64,000 bases of DNA, taken from positions 6,569 through 70,568 of the forward strand of contig DBLQ01000110.1 of the NCBI GenBank assembly GCA_002297505.1. Reading direction: 5' to 3'. The DNA is from Flavobacteriales bacterium UBA720. GTDB taxonomy: Bacteria > Bacteroidota > Bacteroidia > Flavobacteriales > Weeksellaceae. The number at the start of each line of letters is the position of its first letter. Positions within the stretch are counted from its first letter, which is position 1. The position numbers were made by a program, and so were the translations under genes. This document shows, piece after piece, positions 17,728 through 29,800 of this stretch. The notes beneath the pieces are model-generated. The model searched no databases, was not told the origin of the DNA, and saw only the letters and a program-made list of their open reading frames with translations.

Positions 17728-20700
17728 TTAGATATAAATCACGTCTGTTTTAATGACTTTTTTACCAAATTGTTCCAGCCTGGCTTTGTAAGTCCCGACC
17801 TGTTTCTGGTCTTTATCACTTTCTTCTCCGGTTTTGAAATCGACGATGATCAATCCTTCAGCCGTCTCCACCATCCGGTCCGGACGATAGGTTCTGATGG
17901 CGTCGTTTTCAGTGGCAAACATTTCTCTTTCATTAATAGTTTTAAGTCCTTCCTTAAAATAATCCGCGTAGCGCACATCATTCAGCACGGCGTCAATCCT
18001 TGCCAGGATACTGGTTTTTTCCTCCGCGGTAATCACGCCTTCCAGAAGATAGGCGTTCAGAACTTTAGCCACGTCTTTTCCTGTTTTGATCTTAGCCAAA
18101 ATCTCGTGGGTAAAAATTCCCATGCGCACATGCTCCACCCGGTTCTGGTAATTCTTGGAGGTCGTCGCAATTTCGATATTCGAGGCTTTTTCCGGAGAGG
18201 CGCCCAGGGAACTGATGTTTTCCGAACGATAGTCGGTTTTTGGTTTTAATTTTTGTTTAGAAGGGTTGCCGACAGGAAATAGATCAAACGAGTCTGCTTT
18301 TTCCCCATTCTCGATAGGTTGAAATTCGGTCACGAAATCGTAAAGTTCCAGATGATTGGCAGACTTGCTGGGTTTTTCCAGATACAGATAGAGCTGTTCC
18401 ACAGGCCGTGTGGTGGCCACGTACTGGATGCAGTAGCGGTCAATTTTGTTGCGGTAGGCATTTTCAAAATTAAATTGTGCCAGACCTTCGTCATAGGTTT
18501 CCAGTTCTGAGGAGAACTGGGTAAGGATGACTGTCTTCAGCGCATCCTCGCTGTCCAGATTGTACCATTCCGAGAATTTCTTGTCATTATTCTTGTTTTC
18601 CATGGGAATCATCACCACAGGAAATTCCAGGCCTTTCGCCTTGTGGATGGTCATGATCTGGACGGCATCAATATTTTCACTGGCCTGGATACTGATCTTC
18701 GAGGCCTCATCGTCCCAGAATTTCAGAAATTCCTTCAGGGTAGCTCCGGCGTTCTGTGTATAATTGAAAAGCATCTCCAGGAAGTTCAGCAGGAAATCCG
18801 TTTCCTTATTTGCTACGGCAAATTCCTGAACGTAATATTCGATATAATTGTAAAGGTTCAGCTGAGGCACATCATTTTGAATCAGTTGGAGACCATATTT
18901 TCCATGGATATAACTCTCAATTTCCGATTTCTGTTGCAGGCTGAGAATGGCCTTCATCTCCGCGGTGAAATCCGGCATGCTGATGCGGCCGGAGATTTTG
19001 AGGAAGTACATCATTTTCACCAGAAACTGGCGGTTTTTCGGATTGATTTCCCACTTTAGGAATTCGATCAGTGCTTTCAGTGTAAAGGACAATTCCAGGG
19101 TCAGACCTTTTTCCGAGATGGTTTTGATATGTGTCTCCTCAGCCTTGTATCTCACCTTCAGATTACCGAGTAACTGGGAATAGTTGAAGATGTCATTATT
19201 GCCGCGGCAGAGGATGGTGATATCGGAAAAAGTAAAACCGTTATCCAGGCATTCCTGAATATCGCTGCGCATTTTCTCCGCCGATTCCTCGTAAAACATG
19301 GCCTTCACGGAGTTTTCCAGCAGATGCACCTTTACACGGCCTTCCAGCTCAGATTGTGCCAGCTGCAGGGCGTTCTCGCCAAAGATTTTCTGATGCTCCT
19401 CGCTGAGACTGCCGGACATGAAATCGTAGAGCCGGTTATTAAAGTCGACGATATTTTTGGCACTTCGCCAGTTGTATTTCAGGTGTTCTGCCGTGGCATA
19501 TTTGGGTGTGATTTCTTTCTGGTTGATGATATTCAGCATCAGTTCACTTTCGCCACCACGGAATCTGTAGATGCTTTGCTTTGGGTCGCCAACAATTGTG
19601 AAGCTTGTATTGTCCGAAGTGATGCTGTTGTCCCGAAGCGGCAGAAAATTCTGCCACTGCATGGCGGAAGTATCCTGAAACTCATCAAAAAAATAGTGCT
19701 GAAACTGGGTGCCGACTTTCTCGTAGATGAAGGACGACGGCTCGTTGCGCAGATTTTCATTGATGATGATGTTAAACTTGGAGAGCAATACCAGGTCATT
19801 TTCTTCCTCTATCTCCAGCAATTTTTTCTGAATATCAGCATTGACTTTCAGCGGCAGAATGGCTTCCAGGATTTTTTCCTTTTTCTGAGAGTCGATGTAG
19901 AGCTCTATCAGCTGCTGGCGCCAGGACATGAGCTGAGGGAGGATCTCCTCAATGTCGCCCTGTTTATGTTTGGCTTTTGCGGCAGCCCCTTTCAGATAAT
20001 TGGTGAGTGCAGAATCTTCATTGGAAGGAAAAGGGAAGCTGTCTCTTTTTTTCTGGTAAAAATCCTGAACCTTCTGGAAAAATCCACCAAGTCCGTTTTT
20101 GCCCTGCGCAAAATCCTCAATGTCGATTCCACGGTTTCTGATGAGTTCCAAAGCCTCTGTTGCAAGACGAGAAGACTGGCTTCTGTTATCGCTGATGGCC
20201 TTGCGCAGTTCATTTTTCTTTTGTTCATAGGCTTCCCATTCAAAATCCTTGTTGGCCTGCAACGGATGGTAGTGGATATCGTTCACAAACTTCTTCGCCG
20301 AGTTGTAAAGCGTCTGATTCAGGTTGACACGCTCGTTATTGTCCAGATTATAGTTTACAAAATCCATAAACGCTTCGGAAACCGTCTGTTCTTCACCGAT
20401 TTCATCCAGCATTTTATCCACCGCTTCTATCAGGTACGGCTCCGGCTGAATCTCCAGATTGAAGTTCTGCGCCAGCCCCAGTTCGTATGCAAAACTCTTG
20501 ACCAGGCGGGAATTGAACTTATCAATAGTCCCGATATTAAGCGTAGAATAGTGGTGAAGAATATAGTCCAGAACTTTCTGTGAGCGCACGCTGAGATCTT
20601 CCAGCGTCACGCGGTAGCCTTGCACAGAGAGCGCATCCTGGATGTTTTTAAGATCACGGTTTTCGGCGTAATTGTATTTAACAAATTCGCCAAGATAGAA

Positions 20701-20877
20701 GAGTATTCTCTCCTTCATCTCGTTGGCAGCCTTGTTGGTAAAAGTGAGGGCAATAACCGTTCTGATGGCATCCGGCTGATTGGGAAACCGCAGGCAGATC
20801 ATCAGCAAACGCTGTACGAGTGTATAGGTTTTTCCGGAGCCGGCCGAAGCGTTGATAACAGAATAAGTGTTTTGCAT
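17728..20877 (-). CDS. addA: UvrD-like helicase with C-terminal PD-(D/E)xK nuclease (AddA/RecB-like)
   Basis: ASAGSGKT, TFTNKAA, DEFQDT, VGDPKQSIYRFRG, TIHKAKGLEF, YVATTR, and C-terminal RPDRM..IVDFKTG. Confidence 0.85.
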   Translation of the reverse strand: MQNTYSVINASAGSGKTYTLVQRLLMICLRFPNQPDAIRTVIALTFTNKAANEMKERILFYLGEFVKYNYAENRDLKNIQDALSVQGYRVTLEDLSVRSQKVLDYILHHYSTLNIGTIDKFNSRLVKSFAYELGLAQNFNLEIQPEPYLIEAVDKMLDEIGEEQTVSEAFMDFVNYNLDNNERVNLNQTLYNSAKKFVNDIHYHPLQANKDFEWEAYEQKKNELRKAISDNRSQSSRLATEALELIRNRGIDIEDFAQGKNGLGGFFQKVQDFYQKKRDSFPFPSNEDSALTNYLKGAAAKAKHKQGDIEEILPQLMSWRQQLIELYIDSQKKEKILEAILPLKVNADIQKKLLEIEEENDLVLLSKFNIIINENLRNEPSSFIYEKVGTQFQHYFFDEFQDTSAMQWQNFLPLRDNSITSDNTSFTIVGDPKQSIYRFRGGESELMLNIINQKEITPKYATAEHLKYNWRSAKNIVDFNNRLYDFMSGSLSEEHQKIFGENALQLAQSELEGRVKVHLLENSVKAMFYEESAEKMRSDIQECLDNGFTFSDITILCRGNNDIFNYSQLLGNLKVRYKAEETHIKTISEKGLTLELSFTLKALIEFLKWEINPKNRQFLVKMMYFLKISGRISMPDFTAEMKAILSLQQKSEIESYIHGKYGLQLIQNDVPQLNLYNYIEYYVQEFAVANKETDFLLNFLEMLFNYTQNAGATLKEFLKFWDDEASKISIQASENIDAVQIMTIHKAKGLEFPVVMIPMENKNNDKKFSEWYNLDSEDALKTVILTQFSSELETYDEGLAQFNFENAYRNKIDRYCIQYVATTRPVEQLYLYLEKPSKSANHLELYDFVTEFQPIENGEKADSFDLFPVGNPSKQKLKPKTDYRSENISSLGASPEKASNIEIATTSKNYQNRVEHVRMGIFTHEILAKIKTGKDVAKVLNAYLLEGVITAEEKTSILARIDAVLNDVRYADYFKEGLKTINEREMFATENDAIRTYRPDRMVETAEGLIIVDFKTGEESDKDQKQVGTYKARLEQFGKKVIKTDVIYI

Positions 20878-20934
20878 AGTAAACAAATGTAAGAAAATTG
20901 ATTACAGACTGCAAGGTGTTTTGTGAGGTGTTGG

Positions 20935-20978
20935 GTTTGAGAGTTTGAGAGTTTGAGAGTTTGAGAGTTTGAGAGTTT
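20935..20978. repeat. Tandem 8-mer (GTTTGAGA)x5.5
   Basis: Five perfect copies plus GTTT, read directly. Confidence 0.95.
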
Positions 20979-21157
20979 TCTGATTTTAGAAGCTAATAGT
21001 TGATGTGAAAAATTTTAACTTGCGTTTGTTAAGGGTTTGTATATGCTATCATCGCCCTTTGTTCGCTCTAAACGTATTCAATTGGTTTTAATAATAAATA
21101 AGGTTTTGTATTAAAACTATAAACCAAAATTTACTTTTGCACGAAAATGTCCCATTT

Positions 21158-21751
21158 TCAGATTTCAATATCATATTCCAGTCGGAACGATCTTCTGTGA
21201 TGGATATTGGGCCCGAATTTTTTTAGCGCTTTCTGATGGCTTTTGGTACAGTAGCCGAAATTGGTATTCCAGCCATAGTCCGGGAATTCATCGTGGAGAC
21301 GGATCATCAGGTTATCCCTGTAATTCTTGGCCAATATGGAGGCTGCAGCAATAGAAAGATACTTGCTGTCGCCTTTGACGATGCAGTGATGTGGGATGAA
21401 ATTGTAAGGATGGAATTTGTTGCCGTCCACGAGAATCAGTTCCGGTCTAGTGCTGAGCTGATCCAGAGCTCGGTGCATGGCATGAAGGCTGGCGTTGAGG
21501 ATGTTATGCTGATCTATAAAATCAGGTGGCAGTTCTGCAATTGCAAAATCCACCGCGTGCTCCCGGATATACTGATCCAGGTTTTGTCTGGTGTGGAAAT
21601 TCAACGCTTTGGAATCATTCACCAGATCGTGCTTAAAATTTTTGTCTACGATCACCGCTGCAGCCACCACTGGCCCGGCAAGACAACCTCTTCCGACCTC
21701 GTCGCAGCCGGCTTCTATATAGTTTTCTGAAAAGTATTGGAGTAGGGGCAT
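21158..21751 (-). CDS. rnhB: Ribonuclease HII
   Basis: GCDEVGRGCLAGPV, DSK, VDGN, VKGDSK..SIAAASILAK. Confidence 0.97.
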   Translation of the reverse strand: MPLLQYFSENYIEAGCDEVGRGCLAGPVVAAAVIVDKNFKHDLVNDSKALNFHTRQNLDQYIREHAVDFAIAELPPDFIDQHNILNASLHAMHRALDQLSTRPELILVDGNKFHPYNFIPHHCIVKGDSKYLSIAAASILAKNYRDNLMIRLHDEFPDYGWNTNFGYCTKSHQKALKKFGPNIHHRRSFRLEYDIEI

Positions 21752-21915
21752 ATAATATTGGTGGTAAAATTAGGGAATTTATTCTGTTAGAACAGAGGAT
21801 TACTTTATAAATGAATTTCTTCCTAATGACATTTTAATAAACTCATAATCTATTCTTAATCTCGTCTGTTAAAAGAATTAACATATTTGTGACTGAAATA
21901 TTAAAAATTGTTAAT

Positions 21916-24900
21916 ATGAATGTGAAATTAAAGGCGCTAAGCGTTGGAGTTCTATTCTTTACCGGCCAGGCATTGCTGTCACAGCAGACACCTCAGGATT
22001 CTACAAGGACTCAAGACATTGAAGAAGTTATGGTCGTGGGCTATAGCAAAATTAATAGGAGTGAGTTCGTGGGAACTGCCAGTCAGGTGGATATGACATC
22101 GCTGGACAATAAATCTGCAAGTAACGTTTCGCAGGCTTTGGCAGGTGAGGTAGCTGGGGTGCGTGTCATTAATCCGACTGGTCAGCCAGGTGCCAATGCG
22201 CAGATTAGGGTAAGAGGTTTTGGCTCTGTTAACGGAAACAGGAGTCCGCTGTATATATTGGATGGCACTCCTTATGAAGGGAATATCTCAGTCATCAATC
22301 CCGATGATATTGAGAGTATGACTGTTCTTAAAGATGCATCTGCAACGGCAATCTATGGTGCCAGAGGTGCAAATGGCGTCGTGATCATCAACACCAAACG
22401 AGGTAGATCTAACCGTTCTTTTATTCAGCTTGAATCCAAGATTGGAGTGAACACTGCATTGATCCCGAGGTATGATGTGGTGCGCTCGCCGGAAGAGTAC
22501 ATCGGACTTGCTTGGGAGGGTTTATACAATCAGGCTCGCGCACTCGGTAATGCTAATCCTATCAATGCTGCTAACAACGGATTGTTTGGTGGTACCGGAA
22601 TCAGTAATGCTTACAATCTCTGGAATGTACCCGGAGCAAGTCTTATAGATCCTGTGACCAGACAAGTAAGAGAGGGTGTGCAGAGAAGATATAATCCGGA
22701 AGATTGGAGAGATTATGCCTTTAAGCCGGGCTTACGATCCGAAACGAACCTCAGTATGAGCGGTGGTGCTGACAAAACTACTTATTATACCAGTTTTGGA
22801 TATCTAAAGGACGAGGGTTACTCTATCAATTCCAACTTCGAAAGATATACAACGCGCATGAATCTCAATTTCCAACCAAAAACCTGGTTGAAAGGGACAT
22901 TTAATATGGGATATGCTTTCACAAAATCGAAGAATAACGGACAGACTGCTGATTCAGGAAGTATTTTTTGGTTCGTAGATAATATACCATCTATTTATCC
23001 ACTATTCCTGAAGGATGCGAATGGCAATAATGTTTATGATCCAAGAGTTGGTGAGGTATATGATTATGGTAATCAGGCAGGGAGGTCCAGAGGTTTCGGA
23101 TTAGGGACCAATGCAATCGCAGATGCTAATTATAATATCAATAACTACAGAAAGCATGAGTTAAATTACAACGCGAACATGGATGCCACTCTTGCACAAA
23201 ATTTAACTTTTGAAACCAGATTTGCTGGTCAATACTATAATAATAATCGGGACTTACTCACGAATCCATACTATGGCAGCGCAGTTTCTACCGGCGGATC
23301 TCTTTATAAGACCAAAGCAGAAATGTTTACCTGGAACTTCTTACAATTGTTAAGATATAAAAACAGATTTGGTAAGCATGGTTTAGAGGCTTTTGTAGCA
23401 CATGAATCCAATTACTACGAATACAGGTTTCTTGCAGGTAGCAAAGCTGGTTTAGTAGATCCCTTCACACCGGAATTCAACAACTCGATTACCAACACGG
23501 GTTTGGGATCTTATATCTACGATTATAAACTGGAAAGTTATTTTGGACAATTAAATTATGATTTTGATAACAAATACTACTTGCAGGCTACAGTAAGGAG
23601 AGATGGTTCTTCCAGATTTCTACAAGACAAATGGGATGTGTTCCCATCACTTGGTTTAGGATGGCTTGTATCCAGAGAAGGTTTTATGAATAATGATATT
23701 TTCCCACTTTTAAAACTGAAAGCAAGTTACGGTTTGGTAGGAGATCAAGCGTTGGTTGCCTCCAATGCTACGGATCAGAATATTGGTTATTATCCAGGCT
23801 ATAATGTTTATGACGTAGGCAGTATGATGGGCGCTATCGCAACGACCTTCAACAGATATGGATATCCGGATTTAACTTGGGAAAAGAAGAAGAAATTTCA
23901 GGCCGGGGTCGAATTCTCTTTATTTAAAAACAGAATCATAGAAGGAGCTGTAGATTTCTATAGTGACCGGACTGAGAATCTGATCTTTGATACCCGACTG
24001 GCGCCATCTACAGCGGAAGCGATCCGAAAAGCCAATAGCGGTGCTTTATTAAATCAGGGTGTAGAATTTTCCGTTACGGGTCACATTATAAAGAAGAAAG
24101 ATTTTTATCTGGACTTAACTGTTAATGGCGAACATACCAGGAACAAGATGGTAGAAATGCCATTTGACCCTGCCACATTAGCGCCGAAGATTCTGGATGT
24201 TTCTGGAGAAGCTGGATACGGTAGAGCACAAGGTTACTCCCTTTACGATTACTACATGAGAGAGTGGGCAGGTGTTAATTCTCAAACAGGTGCAGGTCAA
24301 TGGATAATCAATTATGTTGATACTAATGGAAACGGCGTTCTGGACGCCGGAGACCAAAGAATCACATCTTTATACGAATTTCAGCAAGCAAATCCTAATG
24401 CTGTCATATCCCAGGGTGTTACCGAAAACTACGCCGAGGCGACTCAGAAGTTTGTAGGTAAGTCCGCAATTCCAGATCTCAGAGGCGCTGTTAATTTGGC
24501 CTTTGGATATAAGAATTTTGCCATCGGTGCTCAGATGCTTTACAGTATTGGTGGCTACTCTTATGATGCTGCCTATGGAACTCTTATGGGTAATATGGTA
24601 GCAGGGAGTGGGAATTGGCACAAAGATATCCACGGTAGCTGGAAAAATCCTGGAGACATCACCGATATTCCAAGATTGTCTAATGCTAATGGTACGGACA
24701 TCAATTATGGTGCAAGGTCAACACGGTTTTTAACAAAATCTGACTATCTGCTTCTGAATAATGTCAATGTATCTTACACTTTTACGAAGGATATTCTCAA
24801 TGGAACAGGTCTGAACAGTCTTACATTGTCCGTAGCGGGAGATAATCTTTGGCTGAAATCCAAGAGAAAAGGATTTAACCCATTGACCTCAGAGACAGGA

Positions 24901-24966
24901 CAGTCAGATGTTTATAACTATGCTCCATTATCAACTTTGACTTTTGGAGTTAAAGCTAATTTTTAA
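21916..24966 (+). CDS. SusC/RagA family TonB-dependent transporter
   Basis: IRVRGFGS, PLYILDG, LKDASATAIYGARGANGVVIINTKRG plug motif; C-terminal Phe. Confidence 0.95.
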   Translation: MNVKLKALSVGVLFFTGQALLSQQTPQDSTRTQDIEEVMVVGYSKINRSEFVGTASQVDMTSLDNKSASNVSQALAGEVAGVRVINPTGQPGANAQIRVRGFGSVNGNRSPLYILDGTPYEGNISVINPDDIESMTVLKDASATAIYGARGANGVVIINTKRGRSNRSFIQLESKIGVNTALIPRYDVVRSPEEYIGLAWEGLYNQARALGNANPINAANNGLFGGTGISNAYNLWNVPGASLIDPVTRQVREGVQRRYNPEDWRDYAFKPGLRSETNLSMSGGADKTTYYTSFGYLKDEGYSINSNFERYTTRMNLNFQPKTWLKGTFNMGYAFTKSKNNGQTADSGSIFWFVDNIPSIYPLFLKDANGNNVYDPRVGEVYDYGNQAGRSRGFGLGTNAIADANYNINNYRKHELNYNANMDATLAQNLTFETRFAGQYYNNNRDLLTNPYYGSAVSTGGSLYKTKAEMFTWNFLQLLRYKNRFGKHGLEAFVAHESNYYEYRFLAGSKAGLVDPFTPEFNNSITNTGLGSYIYDYKLESYFGQLNYDFDNKYYLQATVRRDGSSRFLQDKWDVFPSLGLGWLVSREGFMNNDIFPLLKLKASYGLVGDQALVASNATDQNIGYYPGYNVYDVGSMMGAIATTFNRYGYPDLTWEKKKKFQAGVEFSLFKNRIIEGAVDFYSDRTENLIFDTRLAPSTAEAIRKANSGALLNQGVEFSVTGHIIKKKDFYLDLTVNGEHTRNKMVEMPFDPATLAPKILDVSGEAGYGRAQGYSLYDYYMREWAGVNSQTGAGQWIINYVDTNGNGVLDAGDQRITSLYEFQQANPNAVISQGVTENYAEATQKFVGKSAIPDLRGAVNLAFGYKNFAIGAQMLYSIGGYSYDAAYGTLMGNMVAGSGNWHKDIHGSWKNPGDITDIPRLSNANGTDINYGARSTRFLTKSDYLLLNNVNVSYTFTKDILNGTGLNSLTLSVAGDNLWLKSKRKGFNPLTSETGQSDVYNYAPLSTLTFGVKANF

Positions 24967-24977
24967 TTAACAATACA

Positions 24978-26474
24978 ATGAAAAGAATATTTTTTATATT
25001 ATCACTTGCAACCCTTGCAGTTTCTTGTAATGAAGAATTTTTGGACTCTGCACCTACGGAAACGATAGCAACACCACAGACCTCATTTAAATTAAATGGT
25101 CTCTATGTAATGATGATTAATACAGGTACTGGTGGTACCACAGCTCATGAAGATTTTGGGCAGAAAGGGTATGATATCATCAGTGATCTGCTATCGGCCG
25201 ATATGGCTTTGGCAAGAAACGGTTACAATAGATATCTGCGTGTTGCAAACCTTAGTGCAACCGTAGACTTCACACAAAATACCCCGAATTACATTGGCTG
25301 GAGATATTATTACAGAGTTATTGGCGGTGCCAATGATATCATTAATGATCTCGGAGGGAATGATGCTGTACCTACAGCCGAATCGGATAAATATATAATG
25401 GGCCAGGCAAAAGCCCTCAGAGCTTATGCATACTTTTATTTGGCGCAGTTTTATAATACTTCTTATAAGCCAGAAGAAGCTTCGCTACCTATTTACACAA
25501 TGCCTCAACAGGCAGCACAACCTAAATCGAAACAGTCAGAAGTTTATAACCTAATCATTTCTGATCTTACAACTGCCATCTCGCTGCTTGAAAATTATGC
25601 GAGACCGAATAAAGGTTACATTGATAAGAACGTTGCGAAAGGATTGTTGGCATATACTTATGCTGCTATGGGAGAGAATGCGAAGGCAGGGGCATTATCT
25701 CTAGAATTAATTAACACCACTACTTATCCGGTCACTAGTCAGGAGCAGGCTGTTGGTGGTTTTGAGGATAAATATAATGGTGGTTTCAACTCGATTTCTA
25801 CGCCCAGCTGGATGTGGGGCTTTGATCTGACTAATGATAACGGACTGGATCTGATTAGCTGGTGGGGTCAGATGGATATGTTCACATACAGTTATCAATC
25901 TGTTGGAGATTACAAAACTGCAGATGCAGGACTGGTGAGCTCTATTCCAGATTACGATATCAGAAAGCAACAATTTGCCGGAGAGTATAATGGTTACAAA
26001 TATTTCCCAACCAATAAATTTTATAATGCAGCAAGAGAGGTTCAGGGTGCCCGTAATGTAACCGATGATTATATTTATATGAGAATTGATGAGTTTCACA
26101 TGCTAGCTGCAGAATCATTAGCCAAATCAGGAAGTGAAGCACAGGCCAAAACAATTTTAAAAAATTATTTAAGAAATAGATATGTTGGGACTGGCGATAC
26201 ACCAGCCGAGATTGCTGCAAATCTAGAAGCCAAGCTTGATTCAGATATAAATGGCTTAGCAGGACAGTCTTTGTTAGATTTTATTTATAAAAATACCAGA
26301 ATTGAATTCTGGGGCGAGGGTAAAAGTTACTTAGCAATGAAACGTAATAGGGCAACGGTTACTAGAAGTGCCAACCACCAATTTTTCCCAAACACAAGCT
26401 ATAGTTATGATGATCCAAAATTGAGTTTCAAAATTCCTCAGGCAGAAATACAAAATAATCCTTATTTAGATTAA
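24978..26474 (+). CDS. SusD/RagB family lipoprotein
   Basis: Lipobox LAVSC; ALRAYAYFYL and RIEFWGEG motifs; follows SusC. Confidence 0.93.
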   Translation: MKRIFFILSLATLAVSCNEEFLDSAPTETIATPQTSFKLNGLYVMMINTGTGGTTAHEDFGQKGYDIISDLLSADMALARNGYNRYLRVANLSATVDFTQNTPNYIGWRYYYRVIGGANDIINDLGGNDAVPTAESDKYIMGQAKALRAYAYFYLAQFYNTSYKPEEASLPIYTMPQQAAQPKSKQSEVYNLIISDLTTAISLLENYARPNKGYIDKNVAKGLLAYTYAAMGENAKAGALSLELINTTTYPVTSQEQAVGGFEDKYNGGFNSISTPSWMWGFDLTNDNGLDLISWWGQMDMFTYSYQSVGDYKTADAGLVSSIPDYDIRKQQFAGEYNGYKYFPTNKFYNAAREVQGARNVTDDYIYMRIDEFHMLAAESLAKSGSEAQAKTILKNYLRNRYVGTGDTPAEIAANLEAKLDSDINGLAGQSLLDFIYKNTRIEFWGEGKSYLAMKRNRATVTRSANHQFFPNTSYSYDDPKLSFKIPQAEIQNNPYLD

Positions 26475-26516
26475 TCAATAAAAAAGCTTCTCATTAGAGA
26501 AGCTTTTTTATTGATT
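26473..26516. terminator. 20-bp perfect inverted repeat terminator
   Basis: AATCAATAAAAAAGCTTCTC-atta-GAGAAGCTTTTTTATTGATT. Confidence 0.85.
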
Positions 26517-26830
26517 GATTAGTGAACGTGTTAAAATTTTGAAAATATTTAAGGTAGAGTGGAAATTTGTCTTAAGGCATTTAACGATCATATTTGGGAA
26601 ATATCTTGCAGATTTTAGATTAATACTTATGTAAATTATCTCGAAATAATTTCATATTTAAATTAAATTAATAAGTATTAAATAATTTATCAATTATGAA
26701 ACGTGCAATTATTTAGAAACTATTTAGAAAAAAATGCAAATTTCAAATTATTATTAACAATAATTAACAATTTGTATTGCATATCTTAATAATGTTTTGC
26801 ATTTTTGTTCATTGAAAAATTTGATTTGAT

Positions 26831-29800
26831 ATGAAAAAATTAACAACGAGCGTGTTGGCAGTAGTTCTTTCGTCGTCTTTTGCAGTGGTTTCTGCACAGA
26901 CGGGTCAAGATACTGTTAAGACACGTAACATTGAGGAGGTTGTGATTACGGGTGCACTAGGTCTTAAGAAGACGGCGGATGCAATCACGAATGCTCAGCA
27001 AATTGTAGGAACAAAAGAACTTAATCAGGCTGCAGCACCAAGTGCGGTTCAAGCGCTGACCGGTAAGGTTTCTGGATTACAGATTACCAATACCAATAGT
27101 GCAGTCGACGGAAGCTATAAGATTATCCTTAGAGGTTCCAAGTCCATAACAGGAAACAATCAAGCATTGGTTGTAATTGACAACGTTATCTCTGATGCAA
27201 CTGTACTTGCCTCACTTTCGCCAGAAATAATTGAGAATGTTAACGTTGTGAAAGGTTTACAAGGTGCTGCTCTGTATGGATCGCAAGGGGTAAATGGTGT
27301 TATCATTGTAACAACTAAGAGAGGATCAAAATCTGACAAAGTTCAATTTAGCCTTACTTCAGCAGCAGAAGTTACACAAGGATTTAAGTTTCCGAAAGTA
27401 CAGACTCGCTATGGTAAGGGTGTACAAGATGATTCTTATAGTGATGTAGATTACGGTGGTACAAACTACGTACCGTGGGAGAATACATCATGGGGACCAG
27501 CTTATAACTATCCAGGATTTGGCGGGACATCTGTGATAAGTGGTCTTCCGCAACCAGGGGGTGGTTTCATCTATGAGAACTATGCTCCAGTTAATGATCA
27601 TTTTTCAAAATTTTTCACTAATGGAGTGAATTTCCAGAACGGTATTAGCATGAACGTGGGAGGTCCGGATGCTTATGCTTACATGTCCTTTAATAGACTT
27701 GATAATGGTTTCGTAGTAAAAGGAGACCAGTTGAGACAGAATAACTTTTTGTTTAAAGGAGGGAAAAAATTAGGCAACTTAAGAGTTGACGGTCAGTTTA
27801 ATTACATTGGAAGATTGGTTAATAAGACTGATTCTGGTCTATATGATGATATTCTTCAGATGCCAACTACAAATGATGTAAGAAAATACAGAAATTCAGG
27901 AATTGGTGGCTATTTAACTGCTTATGCTACGAATCCATATTGGACTGTAGATCATGTAAGATATAATACTAACAGAGATTATCTTAATGGTATTTTATCA
28001 CTACAATATGAATTTAACAAAAATATTAATGTTACATATACTGGTAATTTAAGCCTGGCCAAGACTCAGCAAGATAACTGGAACGACGGATCTACTGGAA
28101 CGATAGCATATTCTAATACAGGTGTTCCATTTCTTGATTCGCATACACTTAATTCATTTGGTTCTCCAGATGTAACAGCATACTACTATAATAGAATTTA
28201 TAATGATAGAAAATATTATGGTGATTTAATGTTGAATTTTGATTATGATCTTACTGATGATTTAAATTTTAAATTAAATGTGGGAAATAATATTCAAGAT
28301 AGTTATGTTACAGCGAGAACGGTAGGAGGTACTGGACTTTATATACCAGGTTGGTACAACTATAATAACGTTTCCAATCCGGCGCAATATGGTGATTCCA
28401 ATACAACTGCGCAGGCAGATGGAGGCTATATGGATAACTATACTACCAGATATAGAGTTATAGCAGGATTTGCAAATTTAGACTTAGCTTATAAAAACTT
28501 CTTATTTGCAAACGGAACATTCCGATATGAAAAGAACTCCGTGTATACTTCAATCTCAAGAGATCCACTAACTAATGATCGAGTAGTAGATAATAAGCCT
28601 TATGCTTATTACTCAGTAGGTTTATCTTTCATTCCTACAAAAGCTTTTGACTTTGGCGGAAATGTATTAAATTACATGAAAATTGCACCAAGTTTTACCA
28701 AAGTAGGTAATTCATCTGGTATTAATCCTTACAATGTTAATGCTACCGGAATCATTCCTACGGGATACCCATTCGGAGCGTTGCCTTCCTACATCATGTC
28801 AACGTCTATCACAAATCCTACGATTAAGCCTGAATTTGTGAATACTTTAGACTTAAATGTTGCATTAGGCTTCTTAAATGATAGAATTACTTTGGAGGGT
28901 TCTGTTTACCAATCAACAACTCAAGACCTGATCAGTAGTATTACTCCATCTAATACTTCAGGACTGTCTTCATATAGAGATAATATTGGTAAGTCCAGGA
29001 TGAAAGGTTTTGAGCTTGACCTTGGAGTGACTCCTATAAAAACTCAAAATATAACTTGGAATTTGAGAGCGGGATACGCCATGTCCAGAACAAAACTTTT
29101 AGAACTTAGCAGTGGCGCGGAAAGAGTTCCAATTTTGACATATACAACACCTTCTGTAGGACTAGCCGCGGTAGTTGGTGAAAATTTCTATTCAATCGTT
29201 GGTACGACTTACCAAAGAGATCCTAATGGAAATATCATCGTAAATGCTAATGGTGTGCCTCTTGTTAATTCAGCAACAAAGGTTTTAGGTAGCTTAAATC
29301 CTGACTATACGATGAATTTCAGCACTTCGTTTAAGTTTAAAAGCTTTACTTTATCTGCCATTGCTGATTATAGAAAAGGAGGTAAATTCGTATCCTTTAC
29401 CAAAAGACTTTTGGCCTTTACAGGTGGTTTAGAAGATACTGCAGATCAGGACAGAACACAAGGATATGTTGTCCCTAATTCTGTACAATTGGTAAATGGA
29501 AACTATGTGAATAACACTACGGCAGCATATGGAGCTAATTATGGTGGTACGGTAACATACTGGACTGGTTCAATTTATAGAAACGTAGGTGAAAACTTGG
29601 TTGTTGATGCTACTGCCTTCAAGGTGAGGGAAATTTCGTTGGCTTATGATATTCCAAAGTCATTCTTAGCATCAACATTCTTGAACGGTATGTCCTTTAG
29701 TGTATATGCTAGAAATCCAATTATTATCTATTCAAAAGATAATAGAAATTTTGCAGATCCGGAAACTGCTAGTTACAATGATAATGCAGCAGGTATCGCT

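Noticed and set aside
19324..20583. 419-aa plus-strand ORF and other long antisense ORFs (e.g. 16627-17379, 14252-14932, 11570-12208)
   Set aside because: Shadow frames opposite well-supported genes, with no recognisable motifs.
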